Shown in pieces: positions 38,376 through 49,292 of a DNA stretch of 64,000 bases. Made by a program: the position numbers and the translations under genes. Position 1 is the stretch's first letter, and each line of letters opens with the position of its first letter. Below the pieces are notes generated by a model. It made no database searches. It saw only the letters and a list, made by a program, of their open reading frames with translations, and was not told where the DNA came from. Source of the stretch: Candidatus Eiseniibacteriota bacterium (GTDB taxonomy: Bacteria; Eisenbacteria; RBG-16-71-46; CAIMUX01; VGJL01); the NCBI GenBank assembly GCA_041946735.1, contig JBHGAY010000003.1, positions 64,001-128,000 on the forward strand. Direction: 5' to 3'.

Positions 38376-41300
38376 CTAGCGCCGGTTCACGATGACCTTC
38401 GTGGCGATCGACGCTGAGCCGTCATCGAGCCGGACCAGGTAGATGCCGGCCGGGACCGGGCGGCCTTGCTCGTCCCGCGTGTCCCAGCCGGCCGCGTGCT
38501 GTCCCGCCTGCGCCTCGCCGTCGAAGAGGGTCGCGACGCGACGGCCGGAGACGTCGTGCACCGTCAGCCGCACGCGACCGTTCGCGGGCAGAACGAAACC
38601 GAGGGTGGCGGACTCGTAGCAGGGATTGGGGCCGACGCGCGAGAAGCGAAGGGCCAGGTGACCAGCACCCGCTCCCGCACCTTGTCCCTGTCCGTCGTCG
38701 ACCGTCGCCGGTTGTCCGCCCATGCGCACGTCCGACTCGCCGGCCGCGTTGCCGGGGACCGAGAACCACGGGGAGTGCGGGAAGAACGGAGAATCGCCGT
38801 CGAATCTCACCCTCCAACGGTAGGGCTCCGCTATCGCGAGACCGGAGCAGCTCGCCTTCGCGAGAACTGCGCTGCCCACGCTCGGAATCGGGACCCCGGT
38901 GTCATAGAAGCCGCCCGATTCCGGAGCGGCCCCGTCCCAAGGGCTGCCGGCCGGCGCGGTTTCGTACCGCAGCTCGACGGTGCTGCGTCCCTTTGCGGAG
39001 CGGGCGACGCCGCCGAGGACGAAGCCCGTGGGACTGTCCGACGCGCCGAGGAGAGCGATTGGGGTGGAGCCGTCCGCGCGCCACTGCCGTGGATGGCGTA
39101 GCCCGCCGTTCTCGCTCGGTGGCAAGCCGTCGCGGCTGCCGTAGAAGCAGTAGCCTTTTCCGTATCCCGCCTGGTAGTTCGGCTCGCTGACGACGAGGTC
39201 GGCGAACCCGTCACCCGTCACGTCCCCCGCGATCGAGAGGCCCGTGCCGAAGGAGCCGGCCGGATCCCCGCCGTTCGCTCCCCAGACGGGCGCGGCGCCG
39301 AGACCGCCCGCCTGGCCAAGGTAGAGATAGCACTCCCCTCGCGTGCCCGCGGCAGTCGGGGCGCCGACGAGGACGTCGCTGTAGCCGTCATCGTTGGCGT
39401 CCCCGCCTCCGGCGAGCGAGTAGCCGTAGAAGTCGCCGGTGGACCCGCCCCGCTGCTGCCACACGCGGGTGAGCGTGTTGCCTGGAGTCCCGAGATACGC
39501 CTCGGCGATCCCGCAATTGATGAGCCCGTCGCCGTCGAAGAACGGGGCGCCGTGAAGCAGGTCGCTCAGGCCGTCGCCATTCAGGTCGCCGCCGGCCGCG
39601 ACTTCGTATCCGTACTGCACGAAGTTCGCGTTCCCTTCAACGGTCCAGCTTCCCTCGATGCCCTCGGGCGATCCGAAGAACACGTGGAACGCCCCCTCAT
39701 CCGTCTGTCCGTCGTCCAGTCCGGGGGAGCCGACGGCGATGTCGCCGTAGCCGTCGCCGTTCACGTCGCCAATGCCCGCAACGCTGGAGCCGTAGGCGTC
39801 GCCGTCGGCGTTGCCTGAGCCCGTCCAGGCGGTGACGTAGCTCAGTCCCGAAGCGGATCCGAAGAACAGGAACGCCTTGCCTCCCACCTCCGGCGAGAAC
39901 GAGTACTGGGGGGCGCCCACGATCACGTCGGCGAAGCCGTCGCTGTTGACGTCGCCCGCTCCGGAGACCGACCAGCCGAACTGGCACGGCAGGATTCCTC
40001 CGGAGACCGACCAGGAGGGCGTGCCGGAGAGTCCTGTCGCCGAGCCCTTGTACAGGAAGGCTGCCCCGACGTTCGGCCAATCGAGGCTGCCGTAGCTGGG
40101 CGCGCCGACGACCAGATCGTCGTAGCCGTCGTTGTCGACATCGCCGGCATTCGCGAGCGAGAAGCCGAGCAGCTCGTTTTCGATTTCACCGCTCAGGAAC
40201 TGGTTCGCGGCGACCGTATAGCCCGCTTCGTTGCCGTAGTAGATCGTGACCGCGCCGCAGTCGGTCTCCTCGACGTCGTACCAGGGGGCGCCGAAGGCGA
40301 GATCGGTCAGGCCGTCCCCGTTCCAGTCGCCTTGGGCGACCGCCGCGCCGTATTGCGCGTTCCACTGAACGCCCATCGGGAACCAGGCGGGCTGCGAGGC
40401 GGGTGCGGTGGCCTGGCCGAGATAGAGGCGGACGATTCCCTCATCGATGTGCACCGGACCGCTCTCGAAGCGCGGGGCGCCCACGATCACGTCTCCATAC
40501 CCGTCGCCATTCACATCGCCGGCGGGACGCGCATCGGTTGCGAACGCCTCCTCCGCCTGCTGGCCGTCTCGGAGGGCGAGGACCGGCGGCGCCGCGGCGG
40601 TCTCCGATCCGCCGAGGATGGTGATCCGGCCGGTGAAGTTGTTGGCGCTGACCTCGCTCGCGATCAGATCCGAGGATCCGTCGCCGTTCACGTCGCCTGC
40701 CGTGTAGATGACGTCCCCGAAGGCGCCCTGGTTGCTCGGGAAGACCCGGTTCGCCACGGCTCCCGGCACGTTTGGTCCTCCGAAGAAGATGAGGACCGCG
40801 CCGGTGGCGGGATTGTTGCTGCCCGTATCGAAGACGATGTCGCTATAGCCATCCGCATTGACGTCGCCCGCGCAGCCGAGGCCCCAACCGCAACGGCCGC
40901 CGGCGGTGTTCGATTCGTAGGTCCAGGCGGGGCCTGCGCCGAGTCCCGACGGCGAGCCGAGGAACAGGTAGACGCGTCCTTCGGACGCCTGGCCGTTCGC
41001 CAGATCGGGCGCCGAGACGAGGAGGTCGTCGTAACCGTCGGCGTTGACGTCGGCGCTGCCGGCAACGCGCTGGCCGAGGTAGGCGCCGGAGACATTGCTC
41101 TCGAAACTCCACGAGGGTTGCGCGTGCATTCCCGAGGACGACCCGAGATAGACGTAGACCCGTCCTTCCTGCGCCTGCCCGCTCCCGTAGTTCGGCGCGC
41201 CGACCACGACGTCATCGTAGCCGTCGCCGTTGACATCGCCGGCGGTGTCGACCGAGGACCCGAATCCCGCCAACGCGACGTCCTGTTGGAGGACCTTGTG

Positions 41301-41819
41301 CGGCGTCGGCGAGAGTCCGGAGGAGGAGCCTAGGTAGACGAAGACCGCTCCTTCGGACGATTGTCCGTCGCTGTAGATCGGCGCGCCGATCAGCACGTCG
41401 TCGTAGCCGTCGCCGTTCACGTCGCCGGCGGTGGAGACGCGGCAGCCCAGCCAGGCGTTGGGCTGCGCTCCGCCCGTCGCCGTCCATGCGGGGGCCGAGA
41501 AATCGAGATCGCGGCCGCCCAGGTAGCACCGGACGGTGCCGTTGTTCTCGCGGCTGTTGAGGAGCACGTCGCTGTAACCGTCCCCATTGACGTCGCCGGC
41601 GGTGCCGACCGAAGCGCCGATGTTCGCGTCGTTCGCGTTGCCTTCGCGGACCGTCAGGAACGCTTCGCGGAGGGCATCGGCCCCCGCCGTCCGGGCATCG
41701 AGCCCGAGGCCGAGGCAGAGCCCGAGCACGAGCGCGAGAAGCGTGGAAGGAACGAGAAGGAGCGGCAGGGGCTGGAACCATCTGCGCGACGCGGCTCGCG
41801 CAGGTCGATGGCCGATCAT
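38376..41819 (-). CDS. Secreted FG-GAP (integrin-alpha-like) repeat protein with C-terminal FlgD-Ig/T9SS-like domain
   Basis: About 14 repeats of AGDVNGDGYxDxxVGAP; tail PNP...VHDVSGRRVATL...WDTRDEQGRPVPAGIYLVRL. Confidence 0.9.
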   Translation of the reverse strand: MIGHRPARAASRRWFQPLPLLLVPSTLLALVLGLCLGLGLDARTAGADALREAFLTVREGNANDANIGASVGTAGDVNGDGYSDVLLNSRENNGTVRCYLGGRDLDFSAPAWTATGGAQPNAWLGCRVSTAGDVNGDGYDDVLIGAPIYSDGQSSEGAVFVYLGSSSGLSPTPHKVLQQDVALAGFGSSVDTAGDVNGDGYDDVVVGAPNYGSGQAQEGRVYVYLGSSSGMHAQPSWSFESNVSGAYLGQRVAGSADVNADGYDDLLVSAPDLANGQASEGRVYLFLGSPSGLGAGPAWTYESNTAGGRCGWGLGCAGDVNADGYSDIVFDTGSNNPATGAVLIFFGGPNVPGAVANRVFPSNQGAFGDVIYTAGDVNGDGSSDLIASEVSANNFTGRITILGGSETAAAPPVLALRDGQQAEEAFATDARPAGDVNGDGYGDVIVGAPRFESGPVHIDEGIVRLYLGQATAPASQPAWFPMGVQWNAQYGAAVAQGDWNGDGLTDLAFGAPWYDVEETDCGAVTIYYGNEAGYTVAANQFLSGEIENELLGFSLANAGDVDNDGYDDLVVGAPSYGSLDWPNVGAAFLYKGSATGLSGTPSWSVSGGILPCQFGWSVSGAGDVNSDGFADVIVGAPQYSFSPEVGGKAFLFFGSASGLSYVTAWTGSGNADGDAYGSSVAGIGDVNGDGYGDIAVGSPGLDDGQTDEGAFHVFFGSPEGIEGSWTVEGNANFVQYGYEVAAGGDLNGDGLSDLLHGAPFFDGDGLINCGIAEAYLGTPGNTLTRVWQQRGGSTGDFYGYSLAGGGDANDDGYSDVLVGAPTAAGTRGECYLYLGQAGGLGAAPVWGANGGDPAGSFGTGLSIAGDVTGDGFADLVVSEPNYQAGYGKGYCFYGSRDGLPPSENGGLRHPRQWRADGSTPIALLGASDSPTGFVLGGVARSAKGRSTVELRYETAPAGSPWDGAAPESGGFYDTGVPIPSVGSAVLAKASCSGLAIAEPYRWRVRFDGDSPFFPHSPWFSVPGNAAGESDVRMGGQPATVDDGQGQGAGAGAGHLALRFSRVGPNPCYESATLGFVLPANGRVRLTVHDVSGRRVATLFDGEAQAGQHAAGWDTRDEQGRPVPAGIYLVRLDDGSASIATKVIVNRR

Positions 41820-42083
41820 GGCAGTCCTCCTGTGCAAAGGGGGCAGGGTCGTGGTTCGGGGTTGCGGAACGCCCTACATCCGTAAGGACGGGTCAGAGGC
41901 GGACAGAGAATCTTCGGGGAATTTCGCGAGCCGAATGCCTGATCGGGCGCCGGAGCGGGATCGTGTTAGGATCGACCCGCCCCGAAAGCAACCCAAAGGT
42001 CGCCGAACGCGAGCGAGAGAGGCGAGCAGGCGGCGGGTCTTCGCGATACTTGATTCGAGATACTTGAGAGGAGCCTGCATCGG

Positions 42084-42836
42084 ATGAGGCCCTATGGAGT
42101 CGATCCTCTGATCCATGATGGCGTCTTCTATGACGCGATGAACACTTCCCTGGGCGACCTCGACTATTACGACGGATGGTGCCGGCAGGCCGGCGGCGAG
42201 GTGCTCGAGCTTTGCTGCGGCACCGGGCGTCTCACGATCCCTCTTGCGCAGCGCGGGCATCGGATGACAGGTCTCGATTTCACCGATTCGATGCTCGATT
42301 CCGCCCGCGAGAAGGGTCGCGCTGCGGGGGTGGACGTGCGCTGGGTCAAGGGAGACATGCGCCGGCTGAGCCTGGGGCGACGGTTCTCGATGATCTTCAT
42401 CCCGTTCAACTCGCTCCAGAACACCTACACCATCGAGGACATCGAGAGAATCTTCGCCGGAGTGCGGGCGCATCTCGAACCCGGCGGTCTCTTCCTCACA
42501 GACCTGTTCAATCCCGATGTCAATCGCCTGGTCGGGCGTGACGTCACTCCTCGCATCTGGGATTTCCATCTGCCCGACGGCCGCCGTGTCGAGATCGTCG
42601 AGACGTGCCGCTACGATGCCGCCGGCCAGGTGAACCGGGTGTTGTGGTCCTTCAGAATCGAAGGGCAGGAGAGTCCGATGGACCAGCTTCTCGACATGCG
42701 GTGCTTCTTCCCTCAGGAGATGGACGCGCTCCTGCGCTACAACGGCTGGAAGGTGCTCGAGAAGTTCGGCAACTACGACGGCTCGCCGTTCACGTCCGAC
42801 TCGCCGAAGCAGCTCTACGTCTGCGTGCCGGCCTGA
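42084..42836 (+). CDS. Class I SAM-dependent methyltransferase
   Basis: VLELCCGTGR, GDMR, IFIPFNS and HLEPGG. Confidence 0.9.
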   Translation: MRPYGVDPLIHDGVFYDAMNTSLGDLDYYDGWCRQAGGEVLELCCGTGRLTIPLAQRGHRMTGLDFTDSMLDSAREKGRAAGVDVRWVKGDMRRLSLGRRFSMIFIPFNSLQNTYTIEDIERIFAGVRAHLEPGGLFLTDLFNPDVNRLVGRDVTPRIWDFHLPDGRRVEIVETCRYDAAGQVNRVLWSFRIEGQESPMDQLLDMRCFFPQEMDALLRYNGWKVLEKFGNYDGSPFTSDSPKQLYVCVPA

Positions 42837-43555
42837 TCGCGGGTGTCGTCGATGTCCGCGGCGAAGAACGCGAGCGCCGTCTTCCCGACCTGCGCCGTGT
42901 CGTAGTAGGCGTAGGCTCCGATCCCGACCGCGCCGACGACCGGCAGCCAGCGCGAAGCGGCGCGACCGGCCGCGCGCTCGGAGATCGAGACGCCCACGCG
43001 CCGCAGCATGCTTCGCAGCATCTCCATCGAAGTCCTGCGGACCACGTAGCGTTCCCCTGCGCGCATCACGACGTCCCGGACCACCTGGCCTGCCGCATGG
43101 CGGAAGAGGCAGTACGCCATCTCCTCCCGGCCGAGACGGGCCGTCTTGCCGTGCAGCGCGGCGATGTCGGCGACGAGCTGGCGCTGGATGCGCCAGATCG
43201 CCATCAGATCGGGCAGGACCGTCGCGAGCCCGAGCGGGCCGGGCGGGATCGAGAGCGTCGCCGACGTGAGCGCCGCGCGCGAGGAGGCGTGCAGGATCAG
43301 AAGCTTCGATCGATCCGCGGGAGTGCGCTCGGCCACCGCCTTCGACGCTGGGATCCGGCTGATCAGGCGGAACAACGCCTCCGCCAGCCGCTCCTCGAGG
43401 CGGGAGGGCGAGAACCCGAACGCGCCCGCGCGCGTGCCCGAGCGCCCGCCCGCGCGTTCCGCGCCCGCGCGTGCGCCCAAGCGTGCGCCCGAACGTGCGC
43501 CCGAGCGCCCCGCCCCCGCGCGCCCGCCCTTCCCGCGGCGACTCGTGAACGCCAT
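42815..43555 (-). CDS. EcsC-like hypothetical protein
   Basis: PPGPLGLATVLPDL, LVADIAALHG and RWLPVVGAVGIG...YDT. Confidence 0.65.
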   Translation of the reverse strand: MAFTSRRGKGGRAGAGRSGARSGARLGARAGAERAGGRSGTRAGAFGFSPSRLEERLAEALFRLISRIPASKAVAERTPADRSKLLILHASSRAALTSATLSIPPGPLGLATVLPDLMAIWRIQRQLVADIAALHGKTARLGREEMAYCLFRHAAGQVVRDVVMRAGERYVVRRTSMEMLRSMLRRVGVSISERAAGRAASRWLPVVGAVGIGAYAYYDTAQVGKTALAFFAADIDDTRDQAGTQT

Positions 43556-43564
43556 CGATCGCCT

Positions 43565-44572
43565 CTATCCCGCCACCGCCTCCGGTCCTCGCTCCAGGGC
43601 GTCCTGGATGCGCCGGCGCGTGCGCGGTCCCCAGGGTTCGTGATCCAGAGGGAGCTCCTCCGGCCCGAAGAATCCGACCTCCGTGCTTTCCACGCCGTCG
43701 GCGCGGAGCGTCCCTCCTTCGATTTCGCAGAGGAAGCAGGCCACCGCGAGCCAGACCTGATCCCCGTTCGGATAGACCGACCAGTGGTCGAGCCCGGCGT
43801 AGAAGCCGGTCAAGCGCGTGGCGCGCACGATCAGTCCTGTCTCCTCTTCGACCTCGCGCACCGCCGTGCCGTCGATCCGCTCGCCCATCTCCATCGATCC
43901 GGCCGGGAGCGCCCAGAGCCCGGAGTCGCCTCGCCGTATGAGGAGCACCCGGCCCAGTCCGTCCTGCACGATCGCCGAGGCGCACGGCATCAGGATCGGC
44001 TCGGCGCCGACGTGCGATCGCAGCCAGCGGACGATCCCTTCGGGATGGGGGTTCGGCCCGCTCGGCGAACCGGCGTCGAAGCGCGTGGCGGGGGAGCCGG
44101 CGCGAACGTCTGCGAGCATCTGGTCGTACCAGGGGAAGAGCGGGGGAGCGGAATCGATCGGAAGGAAGATCTGCTCGAGCGATTCGTCGCCGTCCGGCTC
44201 GCCGCTCCCCCCTTCGATCTCGCACTCGAACGCTCCGGTCACCTGCTGGACCGCATCTCCGTTGGGATAGTGGACCGTGTAGTCGGGGGAGGAATACAGC
44301 CCGACGAAACGCACCGGCCGCACCTCGTAGCCGGTCTCCTCGCGCGCTTCGCGCCGGAGCGCGTCGATCAACGTCTCTCCCGGCTCCAGGATCCCGCCGG
44401 GGAGCCCCCAGATCGGGAAGTCGGCGCGGCGCTGGAACAGGACGCGGCCGGAACGGTCCCGCACGATCGCGGTCGCGTAGACGAGCAGGATCGGCTCGCG
44501 TCCGACGTGCGAGCGGATCCAGCCGAGATAACCCGATGGATGGGGGAAGGAAGGCGTTTCGCTATCGCTCAC
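43565..44572 (-). CDS. Tandem (double) NUDIX hydrolase
   Basis: Two Nudix boxes, GGILEPGETLIDALRREAREETG and AGSMEMGERIDGTAVREVEEETG, each followed by YPNGD. GTGA overlap with the upstream gene. Confidence 0.9.
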   Translation of the reverse strand: MSDSETPSFPHPSGYLGWIRSHVGREPILLVYATAIVRDRSGRVLFQRRADFPIWGLPGGILEPGETLIDALRREAREETGYEVRPVRFVGLYSSPDYTVHYPNGDAVQQVTGAFECEIEGGSGEPDGDESLEQIFLPIDSAPPLFPWYDQMLADVRAGSPATRFDAGSPSGPNPHPEGIVRWLRSHVGAEPILMPCASAIVQDGLGRVLLIRRGDSGLWALPAGSMEMGERIDGTAVREVEEETGLIVRATRLTGFYAGLDHWSVYPNGDQVWLAVACFLCEIEGGTLRADGVESTEVGFFGPEELPLDHEPWGPRTRRRIQDALERGPEAVAG

Positions 44573-45099
44573 CGCGTCTCCACGATCTCCCGCAGCGGGC
44601 GGCGCGGGCGCGCGCGACCAGGCCCGGCCGGCTGCCCGATCGGCACCATCGCCACGGGGCGGAGCCGGTCGGGGAGCGAAATGGCGGCGCGGACCGCCTC
44701 CTCCTCGAACGCTCCGACCCAGCAGCTCCCATAGCCGAGCGCAGTGGCGGCGACGAGCGCGTTTTCCACCGCCGCGGCCGTGTCCTGGTAGACGTAGAGC
44801 GTACGGCCACGCTCTCCATATTCCTCGGCGGACCGATCGGGGTCGGCGCAGACGACGAGCACCACCGGCGCCTCGGACAGGAACTCCTGGCCATGGGCGG
44901 CCGCGGCGAGCGCGCAGCGAAGATCGAGCGACCGGACGACGTAGAATCGCCACGGCTGCGAGTTGCCGGCCGATGGCGCGTGGCGCATCGCCTCGAGCAG
45001 ACGCGTCAGATCCTCCTCCGGGATCGGATCGGACCGGTAGGAGCGGCAGCTCGTTCGCGTGAGGATCGGGTCGAGAAGGGCGGCACGGTTACGGTCCAT
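44569..45099 (-). CDS. Nitroreductase family protein
   Basis: RTSCRSY, APSAGNSQPWRF, QDTAAAVEN and LGYGSCWVG. Confidence 0.92.
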   Translation of the reverse strand: MDRNRAALLDPILTRTSCRSYRSDPIPEEDLTRLLEAMRHAPSAGNSQPWRFYVVRSLDLRCALAAAAHGQEFLSEAPVVLVVCADPDRSAEEYGERGRTLYVYQDTAAAVENALVAATALGYGSCWVGAFEEEAVRAAISLPDRLRPVAMVPIGQPAGPGRARPRRPLREIVETR

Positions 45100-45146
45100 C
45101 CTGGGCGGCCTCCAGTTCCGCCAGCGGGCGCGGAGCCGTGCGCCGG

Positions 45147-48100
45147 CTACCGCGCCGCTTCCGTGGAGTCTACTTCGCGCAGGATGCCCGGTCTCAGGAA
45201 GAAGAGGACGGCCCGCGCCGGCGACCCGAACAGCTCCGAAGCCGCCCGCCGGTAGATAGCCATCTGCCCCGCGTACAGGCGCGTCCGCTCCTCGATCGCC
45301 TCGTCGCCGGCGACGCGGTCCGACTTCCAGTCGAGGACCGTCCAGACTCCGGTCGCCGGGTCCCGGAAGACGAGGTCGATCCGGCCCTGCACGAGGATCC
45401 AGGGATCGCCCGCCTCGCGCATGCGATCCGGATCGCCGAGCGCGCCGGCCCAGCCGGGATCGTTCGCGATCTCGCCGGCGAGGTCGGGGAGCAGCCGCGC
45501 CGCTTCGGACAGGGGCAGGCGCAAGCTGAAGGCGACTTCGCGCTCGATCGCACGGGCCGTCGAGAGGGCGCGTCCGGTGGGAGACGCGAGGAGCGCGCGC
45601 AGTCCGGCCGAAAGGACCGAGACCTCTTCGGGCGTGGCGCCGCCGTCTGCGGGCGCAGCGGCTTCGACCCGCGGCGCGAGGGACGCCTCGTCGATCCCGG
45701 CGAAGTCGATTCGCTCGAGCATCTCGTGCAGGCGGATCCCCTGCTCGGCAGCGGCGGCCGCCGAAACGCCGGCCTTCGCCTCCGGCGCGCCGGCAAGGGC
45801 GACCGGCTCCGCGGCGCCCAGGCTCGGCGCGAGGAGCAGCGCGGCCGGTTCCTCGTCCTCGGCGGTGGACAGAGCGGCCGCCAGGACGCTCGCGCTCTTG
45901 AACTCCGTCGCCCATAGCTTGGCGCGCGCCGAGGAGAGCGACGCCGTCCAGGGGAAGGGCGGGCGGCGCGTCACGCGCTCGTAGGCGGCGTCCGCTTCGC
46001 GATCCGCTTCCTCTGCCGAGTCGCTCCCCGCCCCCGTGGCGCGCTCCGCCACGGCGGTGCGCTCCGCCCCGGTGGTGCTCTCCGCCCCGGCGCTCCCCGC
46101 CGCCACATCGTCCGCCTCCGCCGGCTCGGCCGCAGCGAGCGCGGCCGGCTCGAGCGCGCGGAGGGCCGGCTCGAGCGCGCGGATCGCGTTTTCCGGCGGC
46201 GCGGAGAGTCCCGGCACGATCGGATCGGACCATCGCACGACGAAGGGCGTTCCCTCGACCTCCCCGTCCCGGTCGGGAAGCGGGGGAAGCGCGCACAGGA
46301 TCCAGCCGAGCCAGGACGGCTTGCGGGCGAGCAGCATCTCGACGAGGGCGGCGCGCCGCTGCGGATCCGCCTCGCGTCGCGCCTCCTCGAACAGCTCCCG
46401 GAACAGCGGTTCCGCCACGGCGCGCGTGTGCGGGCACCCGCTCAGCAGCAGGCGGTCGCGCGCCCGCGTCATCGCGACGTAGAGGATCCTCTTCTCTTCG
46501 GCGATCGTGGCGCGCTTCCCTTCGTCGCGCAGCAGGCGCAACGGCCACGGGTCTCGCAAGAGGTAGCGCGCCGGATCGAGCAGCCGGACGCCGATGTAGC
46601 GTGGCCCGGGAGCGAGCGAGCTCACCTCGTCCACGACGCGCGCGAGACGGTCCGTGCGAGCGACGACGACGATCGGGAACTCGAGCCCTTTCGCCTCGTG
46701 CACCGTCAGGATGCGCACCGCCGGGATCGACGCCGAGGCGAGAGGTGCCTGGGCGATCGGCACCCCGCGCATCTCCAAGTCGTCGAGCCACCGGAGGAAG
46801 CGGGGCAGCGCGTGCCCCGAGTCGCCCGCGAAGCGCCGCGCGAGGGTGACGAGCTTCCGCAGATTCGCCTGCCTCTGCAGGCCGCCGGGGAGGGCAGCGA
46901 CTGCGTCGAGCAGGCGCGTCTCGTCCAGGATCCGCTCGAGGAGGGCGGGAAGCTCCAGATGGCCCGCCGCTTCGCGCCATCCCACGATCGCCTCCACGGC
47001 GGCGGCCGCGCGCTCACGCAAGCCGGCGAGGAGCGGATGATCCGGCAGGTCACCCGGCGATCCGAGCAGGACCGAGCGCGCCTCCGGATCGCGCGGGAGC
47101 AGCGCCATCTCGCGCGCCGTTCCGATCGCCCCGGCGATCGACGCAAGACCGTAGGCGAGATGCAGGGCATAGGGGCGAGCGATCCGCAGCGCGAGCAGCT
47201 CGGCGTCCGACCATCCGAAGGCGGGGGAACGAAGGGCGGCGGCGAGGGCGATGTCGTCGAGCAGATTGTCTGTCACGCGCAGCAGCCCGATCGCGTCGCG
47301 CACTTCCCGCGACTCGAAGAACGGCGCGCCGGCGGAAACGTGGACCGGGATGCCGTGCTCCTCGAGGATCCGCCCGATGGGTGGGGCGTCCGCGCGCACC
47401 CGCACGAGGATCGCGATGTCGCCGAACGCGGCCCGCCTCGGCGCCCCACTCTCCGGATCGCGAACCGTCTCGCCGGAATCGAGGATCTCGCGCAGTCGGC
47501 GCGCGATCGCGCGCGCCTCTGCCTCGATCGGATCGACGAAGCCCGTCGCACCGTCCCCGAGCCGTTCGACCGCATTCGCCGCGTCGTCTTCGCCGCCGCA
47601 GGAGGGCTTCGCCTCGGCCTCCATCTCCGCCTTCGCCCCTGCCTCCGCGTCCGCCTCTCCCTCCACCTCCGTCTCCGCCTTCGCCTTCGCCTCTCCCTTC
47701 GCCTCCGCCTCCGCGTCATCGCCGTTGGCCGGCGGTCGCACGAGGAGCAGCTCCACCGGCGCGCCCGGCGGCGGCGACGCCTCCGCCTTTCCTCCCGGCT
47801 CGAGGCGTTCGCGTTCGTAACTGCCGCCGATCTCCTCGTCGAGGAAGATCCTCTCCGAGATGCGATTCACCGCCTGGAGCACCGGCACGAGGCTCCGGAA
47901 GTTCTCCGGCAGCGGCACGGTCCACGCCGGCTCCTCGCGAGGCGGATGCTCGGGATCCTCCACCCACGCGCGAGACTGCCCGAGCGCGCGGAAGATCGAG
48001 GGATCGGCGAGGCGGAACTGGTAGATGCTCTGCTTCACGTCGCCCACGCGGAAGACGCCGGCCGGGTCGCAGAGCCGCGAGAGAATGCGGTGCTGCAGGC

Positions 48101-49292
48101 CGTTGACGTCCTGGAACTCGTCGACGAAGACCCGGTCGAAGCCGACCGGCTTCTCCTCCGCCTCCCCGGCAGGGCTGCCCTCGAGGAGGGCGAGCGTGCG
48201 AATCTCGAGGTCCGAGTAGTCGAGGCGGCCTGTCCGTCCCTTCGCCTCCTCGTACGCGGCATGGACGCGCTGGGTGAGGTGCACGAGCGCCCGCGCGTAG
48301 TGCGCCGACTGGCCCTCCTCCGCGAGCAGCTCCACGGTGTCGAGCGGCATCGCGGCGAGGTAGACATTCCCCAGCGCTTCCTTGACCACCTGTCGGAGCT
48401 TTCCCAGCTCGGGCGACCGCCGCAGCGTCGGGAGATCGATCGAGAACGACGCACCCTCTGCGTCGCGCGCGATGACGCCGGCCCGCTCGAGCGCCGCCAG
48501 CGCCTCGTGCTGGCCGGCAGGATCCCCCAACCGCTCCGGGTCGATCGCCTCCAGCGCTCGGGCGAGCTCCGCGAACGGCCGGTTCTTCGGATCGTTCGCG
48601 GTCGCGCGCCCGGCGAGCATCCGGAGCAGGCCGGTGGCGGTCCTCCAGGCGAGCGCGGCGCGTCTCGCGTAATCCTCGCGCCACGGCAGATCGTCCCAAG
48701 CTCCGTGCCGTCCCATCCTCTCGAGATGCTGATCGAGGAAGCGTGCCGGATCGTCGGACGCCCGCGCATATTCGAGCAGGCGCCGGACTACCTTTCGCAG
48801 GCGCTCCCCCTCCTCGTCGTAACCGCACATTTCCACGAGGCGCGCGAATGTCTCGGTCGCTTCCTCTCCCCAACTTCCGCGATACCCATCCTCGAAGACG
48901 CGCGTGACGGCTTCTTCCAGCAGGAGCGTCGCATCCTCCTCCGAGAGGATCCGGAAGCGCGGATCGACCCCCGCCCGCTCGAACTGCTCGCGCAGCAGGC
49001 GCGCGCAGAAGGCATGGATCGTCGAGATCCGCGCCTGCGGAAGCTGCAGGCGAAGGTGGGCCAGCTGCGGCGACTCCGACAGCGTGCGATAGATGCGGTT
49101 CTTCATCTCCATCGCCGCCTTCTCCGTGAAGGTGACGACCAGGATCCTCTCGAGCGGGATGCCGTCGGCCAGGCACCCGAGGACGCGCTCGACGAGGACC
49201 CGCGTCTTCCCGGATCCCGCGCCGGCCGCGATCAGCAGGTCGCGGTCGCGCGTCTCGACGGCGAGCCGCTGAAGCCGCGAAAGGGGGCTCAT
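45147..49292 (-). CDS. addA: Helicase-nuclease AddAB subunit A
   Basis: AAGAGSGKT, VTFTEKAA, TIHAFC, VDEFQD, GDVKQSIYQFR, ENFRS, TVHEAKGLEF, LYVAMTRA; C-terminal nuclease GRID...LDWK...Q..Y. Confidence 0.92.
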   Translation of the reverse strand: MSPLSRLQRLAVETRDRDLLIAAGAGSGKTRVLVERVLGCLADGIPLERILVVTFTEKAAMEMKNRIYRTLSESPQLAHLRLQLPQARISTIHAFCARLLREQFERAGVDPRFRILSEEDATLLLEEAVTRVFEDGYRGSWGEEATETFARLVEMCGYDEEGERLRKVVRRLLEYARASDDPARFLDQHLERMGRHGAWDDLPWREDYARRAALAWRTATGLLRMLAGRATANDPKNRPFAELARALEAIDPERLGDPAGQHEALAALERAGVIARDAEGASFSIDLPTLRRSPELGKLRQVVKEALGNVYLAAMPLDTVELLAEEGQSAHYARALVHLTQRVHAAYEEAKGRTGRLDYSDLEIRTLALLEGSPAGEAEEKPVGFDRVFVDEFQDVNGLQHRILSRLCDPAGVFRVGDVKQSIYQFRLADPSIFRALGQSRAWVEDPEHPPREEPAWTVPLPENFRSLVPVLQAVNRISERIFLDEEIGGSYERERLEPGGKAEASPPPGAPVELLLVRPPANGDDAEAEAKGEAKAKAETEVEGEADAEAGAKAEMEAEAKPSCGGEDDAANAVERLGDGATGFVDPIEAEARAIARRLREILDSGETVRDPESGAPRRAAFGDIAILVRVRADAPPIGRILEEHGIPVHVSAGAPFFESREVRDAIGLLRVTDNLLDDIALAAALRSPAFGWSDAELLALRIARPYALHLAYGLASIAGAIGTAREMALLPRDPEARSVLLGSPGDLPDHPLLAGLRERAAAAVEAIVGWREAAGHLELPALLERILDETRLLDAVAALPGGLQRQANLRKLVTLARRFAGDSGHALPRFLRWLDDLEMRGVPIAQAPLASASIPAVRILTVHEAKGLEFPIVVVARTDRLARVVDEVSSLAPGPRYIGVRLLDPARYLLRDPWPLRLLRDEGKRATIAEEKRILYVAMTRARDRLLLSGCPHTRAVAEPLFRELFEEARREADPQRRAALVEMLLARKPSWLGWILCALPPLPDRDGEVEGTPFVVRWSDPIVPGLSAPPENAIRALEPALRALEPAALAAAEPAEADDVAAGSAGAESTTGAERTAVAERATGAGSDSAEEADREADAAYERVTRRPPFPWTASLSSARAKLWATEFKSASVLAAALSTAEDEEPAALLLAPSLGAAEPVALAGAPEAKAGVSAAAAAEQGIRLHEMLERIDFAGIDEASLAPRVEAAAPADGGATPEEVSVLSAGLRALLASPTGRALSTARAIEREVAFSLRLPLSEAARLLPDLAGEIANDPGWAGALGDPDRMREAGDPWILVQGRIDLVFRDPATGVWTVLDWKSDRVAGDEAIEERTRLYAGQMAIYRRAASELFGSPARAVLFFLRPGILREVDSTEAAR

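Noticed and set aside
42045..42067. GATACTTGA direct repeat before the methyltransferase RBS
   Set aside because: Only two 9-bp copies, in a genome full of micro-duplications, so an operator cannot be supported.
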